DNA of 59,088 nucleotides, from IMG/VR virus record IMGVR_UViG_3300044953_000297; one strand, 5' to 3'. A model generated the notes under the pieces. It saw nothing but the letters and a program-made list of their open reading frames with translations. It was not told the DNA's origin and ran no database searches. Both the position numbers and the translations under genes were made by a program. Origin of the DNA: an uncultured virus (IMG/VR IMGVR_UViG_3300044953_000297). Its lineage: Duplodnaviria; Heunggongvirae; Uroviricota; Caudoviricetes. Within the stretch, counting starts at the first letter, position 1. Each line of letters starts with the position of its first letter. Below, in pieces: positions 10,900 to 20,303 of this stretch.

Positions 10900-11619
10900 A
10901 TGATTACTATTGTTTCCCCCATATATTTAGGTCAACAACATAGAGTTGAATATTATCAAAAGTTTATTAATTCGTGTAAAAATCAAAACAATTTTAATAA
11001 AATACAATTTATTTTTTTCTATGAAAATACTATAGTAGATTATAATTTAATTTACGAATTAAAATCATACAATAACATTGATTTACATATAAATTCATAC
11101 GACTTTAAAACTTTCCTAAATCAGTATAATTGTTTGAATTATTGTTTTGAACATCTAAAATTAGATCATGTTATATATCTTGAAGACGATGTAGAAACAT
11201 CCAATGATTTATACGATATAACAAATTTTTATATAAATTCCGAACATTATCATGATAATAATATATTTTGTTATCTAAATAAAGATAATTTGATAGATGA
11301 TGTTTTGACTAAATCCGATCTAATCCAAGTCAAACCATTCATGCGTGGAAATATGGGTTACTTTACACCGTGGGGATTTTTAGCGACAAAATATATGTGG
11401 AATAATGCTTTAAAATATTGGAATAAGAAAAGATCATTTGATTTCGAAATTGTAGAAATATTTAAAAATACTCATCAAATTATATCACCTCAAGAGTCTA
11501 GAGTAAATCATATTGGAGAAATAGGTGCGAGTTATAACAAGGCGTTATTTGAATCACACAACTTTAATACTTATAAGGTAAAACAATATCAAAATCCAAT
11601 AATTTATACTTATGTATGA
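10900..11619 (+). CDS. putative GT-A fold glycosyltransferase
   Basis: VIYLEDDV, PWGF, SRVNHIGEIG. Confidence 0.65.
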   Translation: MITIVSPIYLGQQHRVEYYQKFINSCKNQNNFNKIQFIFFYENTIVDYNLIYELKSYNNIDLHINSYDFKTFLNQYNCLNYCFEHLKLDHVIYLEDDVETSNDLYDITNFYINSEHYHDNNIFCYLNKDNLIDDVLTKSDLIQVKPFMRGNMGYFTPWGFLATKYMWNNALKYWNKKRSFDFEIVEIFKNTHQIISPQESRVNHIGEIGASYNKALFESHNFNTYKVKQYQNPIIYTYV

Positions 11620-12712
11620 CTATATAATAGTAGGATCTGGGTTATTTGGATCTACATTTGCAAACTTAGTACATTCATGTGGAAAATCGTGTCTTGTTTT
11701 GGAAAAAAGAAATCACATAGGCGGTAACATTTATACTGAAAAAAAAGATGGTATTAATATACACATGTATGGTCCACATATATTTCATACATCAAATGAA
11801 AAAATTTGGAAATACATCAATAAATTTTCTAAATTTAATAATTTTTTAAATAGACCCAAAGTAAAATATAAGAATAATATATATTCATTTCCTATTAATT
11901 TATTAACTTTATATCAGTTATGGGGAGTTATCACTCCAGAACAAGCAAAGAATAAATTAAATAGTGTTAAACTTAAAATAAAAAATCCTAGTAATCTAGA
12001 AGAGTGGATTTTAAATCAAGTTGGAGAAGAAATATATGAGACATTCATATACGGTTATACTAAAAAACAATGGGGCAAAGAACCTTGTGAATTACCGAGT
12101 TCAATTGTTAAAAGATTGCCCATACGATTAGATTTTAATGATGGATATTATAATAATGAAGACATTTATCAAGGAATTCCAATAGATGGATATACCGTTA
12201 TTATAAATAATATGTTAAAAGATATTCAGGTGGAATTAAATGAAGATTTTAATAAAAACAAAGCTTATTGGCTTCCAAAAGCAAAACATATTGTCTATAC
12301 AGGAGCCATTGATCAATTATTTGATTATAAATTGGGAGTACTTGAATATAGAAGTCTTAAATTTGTACACGAAAAATTAAAAATTGGAGATTTTCAAGGA
12401 AATGCAATAGTTAATTATACGGAATATCAAGTTCCGTATACTAGAATTATAGAACATAAACATTTTGAAAATGTAAATGTAGAACATACAATAATAACAA
12501 AAGAATTTCCTGAAAAATGGACTATTGGTAAAGAAAGTTACTATCCTTTGAACAATAGTCAAAATGATGAATTGTATAAAAAATATATAGAATTGGCAAA
12601 AAAAGAATATCCTAATTTTATATTTGGTGGCAGATTAGCATCGTATAAATATTTTGACATGCATCAAGTTATAGGGCAAGCTATGCACAAAGCTCAAGAA
12701 CAATTTTGTTAA
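11612..12712 (+). CDS. glf: UDP-galactopyranose mutase
   Basis: YIIVGSGLFG, HIGGNIY, HMYGPHIFHT, YTKKQWG, YTRIIEHKHF, GRLASYKYFDMHQ. Confidence 0.95.
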   Translation: MYDYIIVGSGLFGSTFANLVHSCGKSCLVLEKRNHIGGNIYTEKKDGINIHMYGPHIFHTSNEKIWKYINKFSKFNNFLNRPKVKYKNNIYSFPINLLTLYQLWGVITPEQAKNKLNSVKLKIKNPSNLEEWILNQVGEEIYETFIYGYTKKQWGKEPCELPSSIVKRLPIRLDFNDGYYNNEDIYQGIPIDGYTVIINNMLKDIQVELNEDFNKNKAYWLPKAKHIVYTGAIDQLFDYKLGVLEYRSLKFVHEKLKIGDFQGNAIVNYTEYQVPYTRIIEHKHFENVNVEHTIITKEFPEKWTIGKESYYPLNNSQNDELYKKYIELAKKEYPNFIFGGRLASYKYFDMHQVIGQAMHKAQEQFC

Positions 12713-13340
12713 CTTGATTCATCAGTTCAAATTTTGAATTTGTAGTTAAAGCACAATTTGCATGATAAAGTAAAATATCTTTATTTATATGTTTGAAACC
12801 GACTGAAGTTTATAAAAATGTCGCTGGTAGTAAATCCCATTTTAAATTATAATTTTTGTTTTTATATAAAAATTCATTGATCACTTTTTGTTCCCAAGTA
12901 CCACTTTTACAAACTTCAAATATAACATCTTGGAAAAAATTAAGAGTTTTTTGATTAGATCGTATGATATTAAATCCAAAATTAATATTACCTCCTTGTA
13001 ATTCAAATATACCATCATAAAATTCTCGTAAAAATAAAACATCATTATTTTCTATTAAATTTAAAATTGTAGGAATGATTGGTTTATAAAATACAATATC
13101 AATATCCGAGAATACAAATACTTCATTTTCCGGTAACATTTTTATTATCTATACAATGTTATTCACACGTGATTTCCATATTTCGATTCCACCTCCGTAT
13201 TTGAGATGTTCCGGCAGATTTACATCAAAAACTGGAGAATTTATTTTTATTTCAATTTTATTAAAATTGTCTTTGACACTTTCAATAAAAGAGTTTTTAA
13301 GATCTAAAAATTTGTCATCATACATGTAATAAAGATTCAT
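12681..13340 (-). pseudogene. Nucleotide-diphospho-sugar transferase (GT77-like) with two in-frame stops
   Basis: One reading frame joins track ORFs 13149..13340 and 12810..13139 and continues to LLYHANC; FVFSDIDIVF motif; stops TAG 13149-13151 and TAA 12810-12812. Confidence 0.75.
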
Positions 13341-14278
13341 AAGTTTTTAAAGAAATATATCATTTTTCTACGATTATTATCGTTTATACTTTTAAATAAG
13401 TTACATCTCTGTTTATTTTTACCAATTAATTTAAAATTTTCTAAAACATCCTTAAATTTAGATTTATTTACGAAAAATGATTTTCTAAACGGATATAAAT
13501 TATTTGTATTGTCTGTACAATATATATAGTTTTGATCGATAAATTCTTCGACTGGTATAAAATGTACCAAGTCTGGGTCTAGTTGTTCTCTGAATACCGG
13601 TATATCACTGCAAATAATTTCAGCTCCTGTAGATAATCCTTCAAACAGATAATGTCCCCAACTTTCATATAAGCTACAACATATGTGAATATTGTGTGAA
13701 TTTAATAGATACGATATACTTTCTTCAGATTGATATGTGTTTATATGATTGAAATTTGAGGGTGGAATATATCTATTGTATGAATCGACCAAAGTAATCG
13801 GAATAGTCTGCGTCAGAATTAATTCTGTATTTTTTTGTATTGATCTGCCTACAAAATGTAAAAAAGAACTGGTACGTTCAACATTTATATTATATAAATT
13901 TTTTGAAATAAAAGGTAAACAAATTGCATTACAATAATTTTTAATTATATTGTATGCATAATTTGATTTGCATATTACATAATCAAATCTTTTAAGATCC
14001 TCGATGTTGTAATCAAACCATTCTTCATTTATATAAAAAATATTTATTTTAAAATTTTCCAGCAAATGACCATAATAATTTTGTATCCAAATTCCTATAT
14101 CAGATTTATACTTTTGATCAAATTTATCCAAAAAAATAATATGTGTATCTTGTAAAGAAATTTCTTCTAAAATATTTTTTAAAATTAGTGCGTCTGTCAC
14201 TAATCCAACATAATTATTAAAGGTCAATATATTATACCTCATATATGTTAAATAGTTGTGCATACAAGGTTTATTCAC
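13337..14278 (-). CDS. GT4-like glycosyltransferase
   Basis: FLHFVGRSIQKNT, SLYESWGHYLFEGLSTGAEIICSDIP. Confidence 0.8.
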   Translation of the reverse strand: MNKPCMHNYLTYMRYNILTFNNYVGLVTDALILKNILEEISLQDTHIIFLDKFDQKYKSDIGIWIQNYYGHLLENFKINIFYINEEWFDYNIEDLKRFDYVICKSNYAYNIIKNYCNAICLPFISKNLYNINVERTSSFLHFVGRSIQKNTELILTQTIPITLVDSYNRYIPPSNFNHINTYQSEESISYLLNSHNIHICCSLYESWGHYLFEGLSTGAEIICSDIPVFREQLDPDLVHFIPVEEFIDQNYIYCTDNTNNLYPFRKSFFVNKSKFKDVLENFKLIGKNKQRCNLFKSINDNNRRKMIYFFKNL

Positions 14279-14395
14279 AAAATGGTGAAGATGGAATAAT
14301 AGATATATCTCAGTGTTTTACTAATGATAAAGTAAAATTTAAAATGGAGCATAGATGGCCAAGAACAAAAAATATGGAATGGATATCGGTATAAT

Positions 14396-15070
14396 ATGAT
14401 AAATTCAATCGCAGATAAAGTATTTGTTATAACAACAGTTGATTCAAATCGGACAAATTATATAAAAAATCATTTAAATGAAAATAATATTAAATTTGAT
14501 TTTTTTGTAGCACCAGAGAAACTAATTGTAACTGACAATATTATTGTAAAAGACGGTGGGGATGTTAGTAGTAAAAATCACAAAGCGTCTATCAGTTTAA
14601 CATCTGCTTATACGTCTATAGTAGAAGTATCGAGGATAAACAATTTTACAAACATTTGTGTTATAGAGGACGACTGTTTTTTTACTAAAAACTGGATACA
14701 AAAAATTGATATATTTTTAAAAAATATACCCAATGATTGGGATGTATTAAATCTTGGTTATCATCCGTTACATGATACTGACACTATAAAACAAATGTAT
14801 AATGATTATGTAAATATTCCATTAAATTGGCATCACACGGCACACTGCATGATGTTAAAAAATACATGTTTTAATGAATTTTTGAATTTAATAAACATTT
14901 GGAAATATACAATACCTGTCGATTATATTTTCAATGAAATATATAAAAACAAACGATTTAAATGTTTTTTTCCAAGTGGAAAAATTATACACCAATTATC
15001 AGTTAGAGATCATAGATATGATATTGAAAATATAAATTTGAGATTTAAAAGTTTTGTTTATGATACCTAA
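14396..15070 (+). CDS. GT25-like glycosyltransferase
   Basis: VIEDDCFF, DWDVLNLG, PVDY; paralog of 9128..9763. Confidence 0.7.
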   Translation: MINSIADKVFVITTVDSNRTNYIKNHLNENNIKFDFFVAPEKLIVTDNIIVKDGGDVSSKNHKASISLTSAYTSIVEVSRINNFTNICVIEDDCFFTKNWIQKIDIFLKNIPNDWDVLNLGYHPLHDTDTIKQMYNDYVNIPLNWHHTAHCMMLKNTCFNEFLNLINIWKYTIPVDYIFNEIYKNKRFKCFFPSGKIIHQLSVRDHRYDIENINLRFKSFVYDT

Positions 15071-15250
15071 AAAAATACATCATATATGGGTAGGTAATAC
15101 TTCAATTCCTGATAGGTTTATGTCTTACATAGAAATGTGTTATCAATTATATACGGATTATCAATTTTTTTATGGGATGATAAATTAGTAGATGATGAAA
15201 ATATAATACCAAATGATTTAAAGCCATATTATAATAATAAATTATTATAG
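15060..15250 (+). pseudogene. Truncated GT32/OCH1-like glycosyltransferase N-terminus
   Basis: MIPKKIHHIWVG..YQFF(frameshift)LWDD, stopping after about 60 codons. Confidence 0.65.
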
Positions 15251-15286
15251 AATATTATTGAATAATTATATTTATATATTATATAT

Positions 15287-15820
15287 ATGTCTAAATTACA
15301 AGAATTGGGTGATACCGGTGATAGAATGATGCAAGGTTTACCTTATGGACAAGGAGGTGCTGTTACCGGAGCATCTAGTTTTGATACTTTCAGTAGTCCA
15401 GATGTATCACAAGATCCTAACAAATTCGGTACACTCACCGATAAAAGTAAGATTACAGCTACAGATAAGCAATCTATGCAAAAGATTGCTCCATTTGGAC
15501 CGTATACAGGCCAAGATCCAAAGTCCTTTGATACCGATGTCGCACAAATCAAATACAAAGTAACTCCGGATGAGGTTTTGACTGGTATTGATTACGAAAT
15601 GAAAAAGATGGTTCTTAAAGATAAACAAGTCGCTAAACAAAATGTAGTATCCAATCTCAAGAAAGATCCACAATACTATAGCAAATTAAGAATGTTAGTC
15701 ATTGAAGACGAAGACGGGGGTAAAAATCAGACTGACTATAGAACTCCACAAGAAAAAGCTATAGCAGAAGTTATGCAACAGTTACACAAAGATAAGTTAA
15801 ATCGTCGTAACTGGAGTTAA
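15287..15820 (+). CDS. hypothetical phage protein with DUF5661-like domain
   Basis: GIDYEM..AKQNVVSNLKKDPQYYSKL parallels GIQIEMEH..DHLYEDPAYYTKL in 16260..18080. Confidence 0.6.
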   Translation: MSKLQELGDTGDRMMQGLPYGQGGAVTGASSFDTFSSPDVSQDPNKFGTLTDKSKITATDKQSMQKIAPFGPYTGQDPKSFDTDVAQIKYKVTPDEVLTGIDYEMKKMVLKDKQVAKQNVVSNLKKDPQYYSKLRMLVIEDEDGGKNQTDYRTPQEKAIAEVMQQLHKDKLNRRNWS

Positions 15821-15832
15821 TATTTATTATAT

Positions 15833-16033
15833 ATGCGTAATTTTGCTAAAGATGGTCCTCAATATCGTAAGCCAGATCCGCTTAAAAAGAATTGGCATTA
15901 TATAGGAGACGGTAAACCTCATGATATTACCAAAGGACATCCTGAAATGCGTGGTAGAACCTGGATAATTGATCCCAGTTATCATAGTGGTAAAAGTTTT
16001 GAAAAATTTCAACAAGGTTTAAAAAATGATTGA
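15833..16033 (+). CDS. hypothetical protein
   Basis: ATG preceded by the TATTTAT motif. Confidence 0.55.
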   Translation: MRNFAKDGPQYRKPDPLKKNWHYIGDGKPHDITKGHPEMRGRTWIIDPSYHSGKSFEKFQQGLKND

Positions 16034-16035
16034 TA

Positions 16036-16244
16036 ATTTAATTAATAAAAGAATTGGGATATTTTGTTGATGGTAATGATAAAGAAAAAAATGTAGTATT
16101 TGAATTTGACGAAAAATGTCATTATGATATTAATAATAACTTAAAAGAAAAAGGCATCCTTAGATGCATTCTATCAAACAGCATTTAAATAATTGTAAAT
16201 TCATACGATATAATGAGAGATTAAATGAAATAAAAGAATATTAA
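16036..16244 (+). pseudogene. Remnant of a Vsr/EDxHD-like homing endonuclease C-terminus
   Basis: IKELGYFVDGNDKEKNVVFEFDEKCHY..(frameshift)..CKFIRYNE with no N-terminus. Confidence 0.55.
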
Positions 16245-16259
16245 GTAATATTTATATTT

Positions 16260-18080
16260 ATGTCGGATTTAAAAAATTTAGATAAATTACCGGGTGGTGT
16301 AGGCGATGGTGTAGATGCCTCAAAATTCAATCCTATACAACTTTCTTTAGGAATACAAATTGAAATGGAGCATACAAATGATCCTGAAATAGCACAAGAA
16401 ATCGCGTGCGATCATTTATATGAAGATCCCGCTTATTATACAAAATTGGTAAAAGCTGGTTTAGCCAAAGAATTTCAACCGTCACACAACAGCGGTCTCG
16501 GTGATCCTGATTATTCAGCTAACGATGCTTCTAGAGTAGGCATCGACGGTTTAAAGAAAGGAAATATGGGTGGTAAAATTGGTAATACATCTAATGGTCA
16601 AGTTGACGGAAGAAATAGTGAACCTATTGTAAATAAAACCGTTGATATTGAATTAGACGAAAAGAAAGGTAAAAAGAAACCAAAACCAACCAATCCAACT
16701 TTATGGGCAAGAGCTAAAGCTGCTGCAAGAGCCAAATTTGATGTATATCCGTGCGTACCACTTGATAGTAAAGCTCTTACAAAAAATGGATGGAAAACAT
16801 ATGAAGAATTAACTATAGGCGAATTGATATTGACTTATAATATTAATAAAGATGAATTGGAATGGAAACCAATATTAAATCTTAATTTTTTTGAAAATGC
16901 AGAGTTAGTAAGAATGTATAAACCTACAGGTTTTTCAATAAAGTGTACACCTAATCATAAGTGGGTTGTACAAAGAGGAAATGATTATTCTATTGTAGAA
17001 TTGATAGAAACAAAAGATTTACCTAAAAGAGCTAGAATAATAGTATGTGCAGAGTTAAAAAATAATGACAAAATATTATTAGAAAATTTTTCTAAAACCG
17101 ATAATTGGACTGAAAATATCATTAATATGAGTTCTGAACAAAGAAAGTCGTTTTTAGCAGCATCTATAATATATGATGGGTGGGATAAGGGATCTTCTTC
17201 AAAAATAGAAGGTCGTCATACTTTTGGATTTGTACAAAAAAATTCAGATCATTTGGATGCTGGTTTATTGGCAGCGTATTTAAGTGGATATTATGTATCT
17301 GTATGTGATAGAGAATCTATAACGTCTGCAAATTTTATAAGAAACAAAAAATTTCATTGTGTTCAAAATATAAAGTTTGAGAAAACAGAAAATGAGGATG
17401 TTTGGTGTCCGACTACCGAAAATAATACCTGGATAATGTACCAAAACGGATTAATTACAATTACAGGCAATTCGGCTTATGCTAATGGATGGGCCGCTAA
17501 GTGGTATAAAAAACACGGTGGTGGCTGGAGAATGAGTGAAGATGCCGAATCTAGTCCAGCCGCAGCTTATGATGGACCATTTCCATCACAAGTATCTCCA
17601 GATGGACAAGGCACTTATGGAAGTGGATATGATTTTGTAGGTTTTGCGGAAAATAAAGGTACAATTATGAAAAAAGAACAACTTAAAGAAGCTATCAAAA
17701 AATTAGTAAAACAAACATTGATTGAACAAGAACAAGACGATGTTGATGTAGCAGCCGAAGATGAAACTGTTACTATTACATTGGACAAACAACTTGCACA
17801 AAAATTGCATGATTTATTAATGACTCAACTTCAACCAGAAACTCCAGCAGGTCCAGAAGATGCAAACGATGTTGTGACTGCAGAAGATGACAAAGAAACA
17901 GTTGCTGCAAATATGAGTAGCGACCGACTACCACCAGGAGCTCTTCATAAACAACTTGGAGTTCCATCTGGAGAAAAAATACCAGCTGGTAAATTAGCAG
18001 ATGCTGCTAATAAAGGCGGTAAACTTGGTAAGAGAGACAGATTAGCTCAAACATTGAGTAAGATTGCCAAGAAAAAGTAA
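16260..18080 (+). CDS. Modular phage protein (DUF5661-like domain plus KFDVYPSAYANGW module) containing an intein
   Basis: GIQIEMEHTND..DHLYEDPAYY; spliced module PTNPTLWARAKAAARAKFDVYP|SAYANGWAAKWYKKHGGGW. Confidence 0.8.
   Translation: MSDLKNLDKLPGGVGDGVDASKFNPIQLSLGIQIEMEHTNDPEIAQEIACDHLYEDPAYYTKLVKAGLAKEFQPSHNSGLGDPDYSANDASRVGIDGLKKGNMGGKIGNTSNGQVDGRNSEPIVNKTVDIELDEKKGKKKPKPTNPTLWARAKAAARAKFDVYPCVPLDSKALTKNGWKTYEELTIGELILTYNINKDELEWKPILNLNFFENAELVRMYKPTGFSIKCTPNHKWVVQRGNDYSIVELIETKDLPKRARIIVCAELKNNDKILLENFSKTDNWTENIINMSSEQRKSFLAASIIYDGWDKGSSSKIEGRHTFGFVQKNSDHLDAGLLAAYLSGYYVSVCDRESITSANFIRNKKFHCVQNIKFEKTENEDVWCPTTENNTWIMYQNGLITITGNSAYANGWAAKWYKKHGGGWRMSEDAESSPAAAYDGPFPSQVSPDGQGTYGSGYDFVGFAENKGTIMKKEQLKEAIKKLVKQTLIEQEQDDVDVAAEDETVTITLDKQLAQKLHDLLMTQLQPETPAGPEDANDVVTAEDDKETVAANMSSDRLPPGALHKQLGVPSGEKIPAGKLADAANKGGKLGKRDRLAQTLSKIAKKK
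16752..17471 (+). mobile_element. Intein, 240 aa, with degenerate LAGLIDADG-like region
   Basis: CVPLDSKALTKNGWK (block A), CTPNHKW (block B), FLAASIIYDG, VWCPTTENNTW..ITGN|S (blocks F and G). Confidence 0.92.
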
Positions 18081-18101
18081 ATAATAAATTAAAGGATATA
18101 T

Positions 18102-19961
18102 ATGTCTTTATTTAAAATTAAAAAAACTGGGGAAATAGGATTCTTTTCAGATAAGTTACGACCATCGTATGACATCTATCATAGTAAAGTTTATTATTTT
18201 TTAGACATTGTTGATCCTACAACTGATTGGGAAGCAGCTACGGAACCTGGATACTATAAGTTCACAGGAGACCACAAAAGAGTGTCGTCTGTTGAATTGG
18301 TACCATTATCTAAGAAAGATTTAAAAAAAGCTCAAAAAAATAATACAATGGATGTTTTATTAAAACCGGAATTATTGGAAGAAAATGCGGAAATGTCGCA
18401 AAGCGATGTAAATAAGATAATCAAATACAGTGAAGAATTGCAGAACATGTTCTCTATAAATGATAATCTTGAGGATTGGGTTAAGGCTAAATTGAATCAT
18501 GCTTGTGATTACGTAGCTACTGTAAGAGATTATTTAAAGTTTTATAGAGATGAAAAAGAATCTTTACAAAAACTTTTTAAAGAAGCGAGAGAATTAGAGT
18601 CTAAATATAAAAATTTTAATGATGTAATTGATGGTATTCAATACGCATTGGATATTGCTGGTTTAGAACCTACTTTCGGTACAGCAGCTGATGCAACGAA
18701 TGTTGTAATTAGTCTTTTAAGAGCAGCTTTAGCTAAAGAAAAAAATGAATCCAAAAAACATTTATTAAATTCCGCTATAAGTGCTGTTTCTATAATACCA
18801 TTTGGGGATTTAGCAAAATTAATAAAAATAAGACTAATTAGAAAACCCGCAGTAAAACTTTTAAAATTTGCTAAAAAATATTTAAACTCCAAAACCCCAT
18901 CATATTCCGAAAAATTATTTGAAAAGTGGACCAAAAAATATAAGAAAAGTATAAATTGTGACGCTCCAAAAGGTTTCAGTCAGAAAGCACATTGTAGAGC
19001 CAGAAAGTTGAGACAATCTGGTCAGCCTACAAGTAGTAAACCTGTGAGAGAAGTTTATAAAGAGGTTACGAATCAACTCCTTAAAGAGTTTAATAGTAGT
19101 ATGGCTATGGGCGCATTGAAACAAATACACAATGACGCAAAAGAATTAGAAAGTATGCTACAGCCTAATACACAATTGGAAGATTGGGTAAAAGCTAAGT
19201 TAAACTTGGCCGGTGAATACTTGGACGATGTGTATCATCACCTAGATCACTTCGGTCCAGAGGGTAGAACCCTTGATGAAGTACGTGTGTCAAGAGAACT
19301 TGAAGAAGGTTGGAAAGATTGGGTCGTCGCCGGAGCTTTGGGTTTGGGGACATTAACTGGAAAAGTTGATGCTGCAAATGTAAAACAACCATCACGTTCG
19401 GTTGTACAAACAGCTACAAAGAATAGTGAATCGTCGTTATTAGATAAAAAGACTAGTGATTATATTGGACAGTGGGAAGGAAAACGAAATGGTGTATATT
19501 TGGATACCGAAAAGAACCCTACAATTGGCATTGGTCATTATCTAAACAATACTAAACAAGATCGTGATTTGTTCAACGCTCTATTTGGTAATTCTGTAAA
19601 TTATGATGCGATTTTAAACGGTAAACAAAAATTGACAGACGATCAAATTGAGAAGTTGTTCAATGTAGATGTAAAAGTAAAGGAAAGACTGGCAAGTAAC
19701 AAGATTAGCGATTTTGAATCACTTCCGCAATATGTAAAGAACGGAGTCGTTAATGGTTTTTATCGTGGTGATATTGGACCAAAAACTATTAAGTTGATGA
19801 ATAGTGGTAACTGGGGAGCTGTTGCTAAAGAATATTTGAATCATCAAAATGCTCGTAGTGGTCCGGAGCAAATTCAAAGAAGAATGAAAACAAATGCTTT
19901 AGCTTTTGCTAAATATGCCAAGGCTAAGAACGAATATTTTGGTTTTAATTATTATTTTTAA
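18102..19961 (+). CDS. Modular, probably virion-associated protein with C-terminal T4-type lysozyme (GH24-like)
   Basis: WEGKRNGVYLDTEKNPTIGIGH (E-x8-D-x5-T triad), two LEDWVKAKLN repeats, pre-toxin TG-like segment, KWTKKYKKSINC..PKGFSQKAHC module. Confidence 0.8.
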   Translation: MSLFKIKKTGEIGFFSDKLRPSYDIYHSKVYYFLDIVDPTTDWEAATEPGYYKFTGDHKRVSSVELVPLSKKDLKKAQKNNTMDVLLKPELLEENAEMSQSDVNKIIKYSEELQNMFSINDNLEDWVKAKLNHACDYVATVRDYLKFYRDEKESLQKLFKEARELESKYKNFNDVIDGIQYALDIAGLEPTFGTAADATNVVISLLRAALAKEKNESKKHLLNSAISAVSIIPFGDLAKLIKIRLIRKPAVKLLKFAKKYLNSKTPSYSEKLFEKWTKKYKKSINCDAPKGFSQKAHCRARKLRQSGQPTSSKPVREVYKEVTNQLLKEFNSSMAMGALKQIHNDAKELESMLQPNTQLEDWVKAKLNLAGEYLDDVYHHLDHFGPEGRTLDEVRVSRELEEGWKDWVVAGALGLGTLTGKVDAANVKQPSRSVVQTATKNSESSLLDKKTSDYIGQWEGKRNGVYLDTEKNPTIGIGHYLNNTKQDRDLFNALFGNSVNYDAILNGKQKLTDDQIEKLFNVDVKVKERLASNKISDFESLPQYVKNGVVNGFYRGDIGPKTIKLMNSGNWGAVAKEYLNHQNARSGPEQIQRRMKTNALAFAKYAKAKNEYFGFNYYF

Positions 19962-19964
19962 ATT

Positions 19965-20300
19965 ATGGACGATTGGCCTACAATGGGCATGGATCATCTT
20001 TCCTCTAGAATGATTCAGTCTAAATTGACGCAAACCAACTCTGTAAATGGTTTCGATCCATATCAAGTAATGTTGAAACGAAATCGTTCTACTGTTGAAA
20101 ATGATTGTGGGTATATTAATACACCAGTACAACAATATGATCCCAAAGATATACAAGAGTTGGAAGAGTTTTGTCAACAGTATGGTATAGTAGGATTTAA
20201 CTTTGGCAAAATGCATCCTAAGTCGGCGTTGCAAATGCTCAGGAACAAAATGGGGATTGTTAAAGAAAATACCATCAATAAAAAAATGTTGTGTGGGTAA
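19965..20300 (+). CDS. hypothetical protein
   Basis: ORF coupled to neighbours. Confidence 0.6.
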   Translation: MDDWPTMGMDHLSSRMIQSKLTQTNSVNGFDPYQVMLKRNRSTVENDCGYINTPVQQYDPKDIQELEEFCQQYGIVGFNFGKMHPKSALQMLRNKMGIVKENTINKKMLCG

Positions 20301-20303
20301 AAT

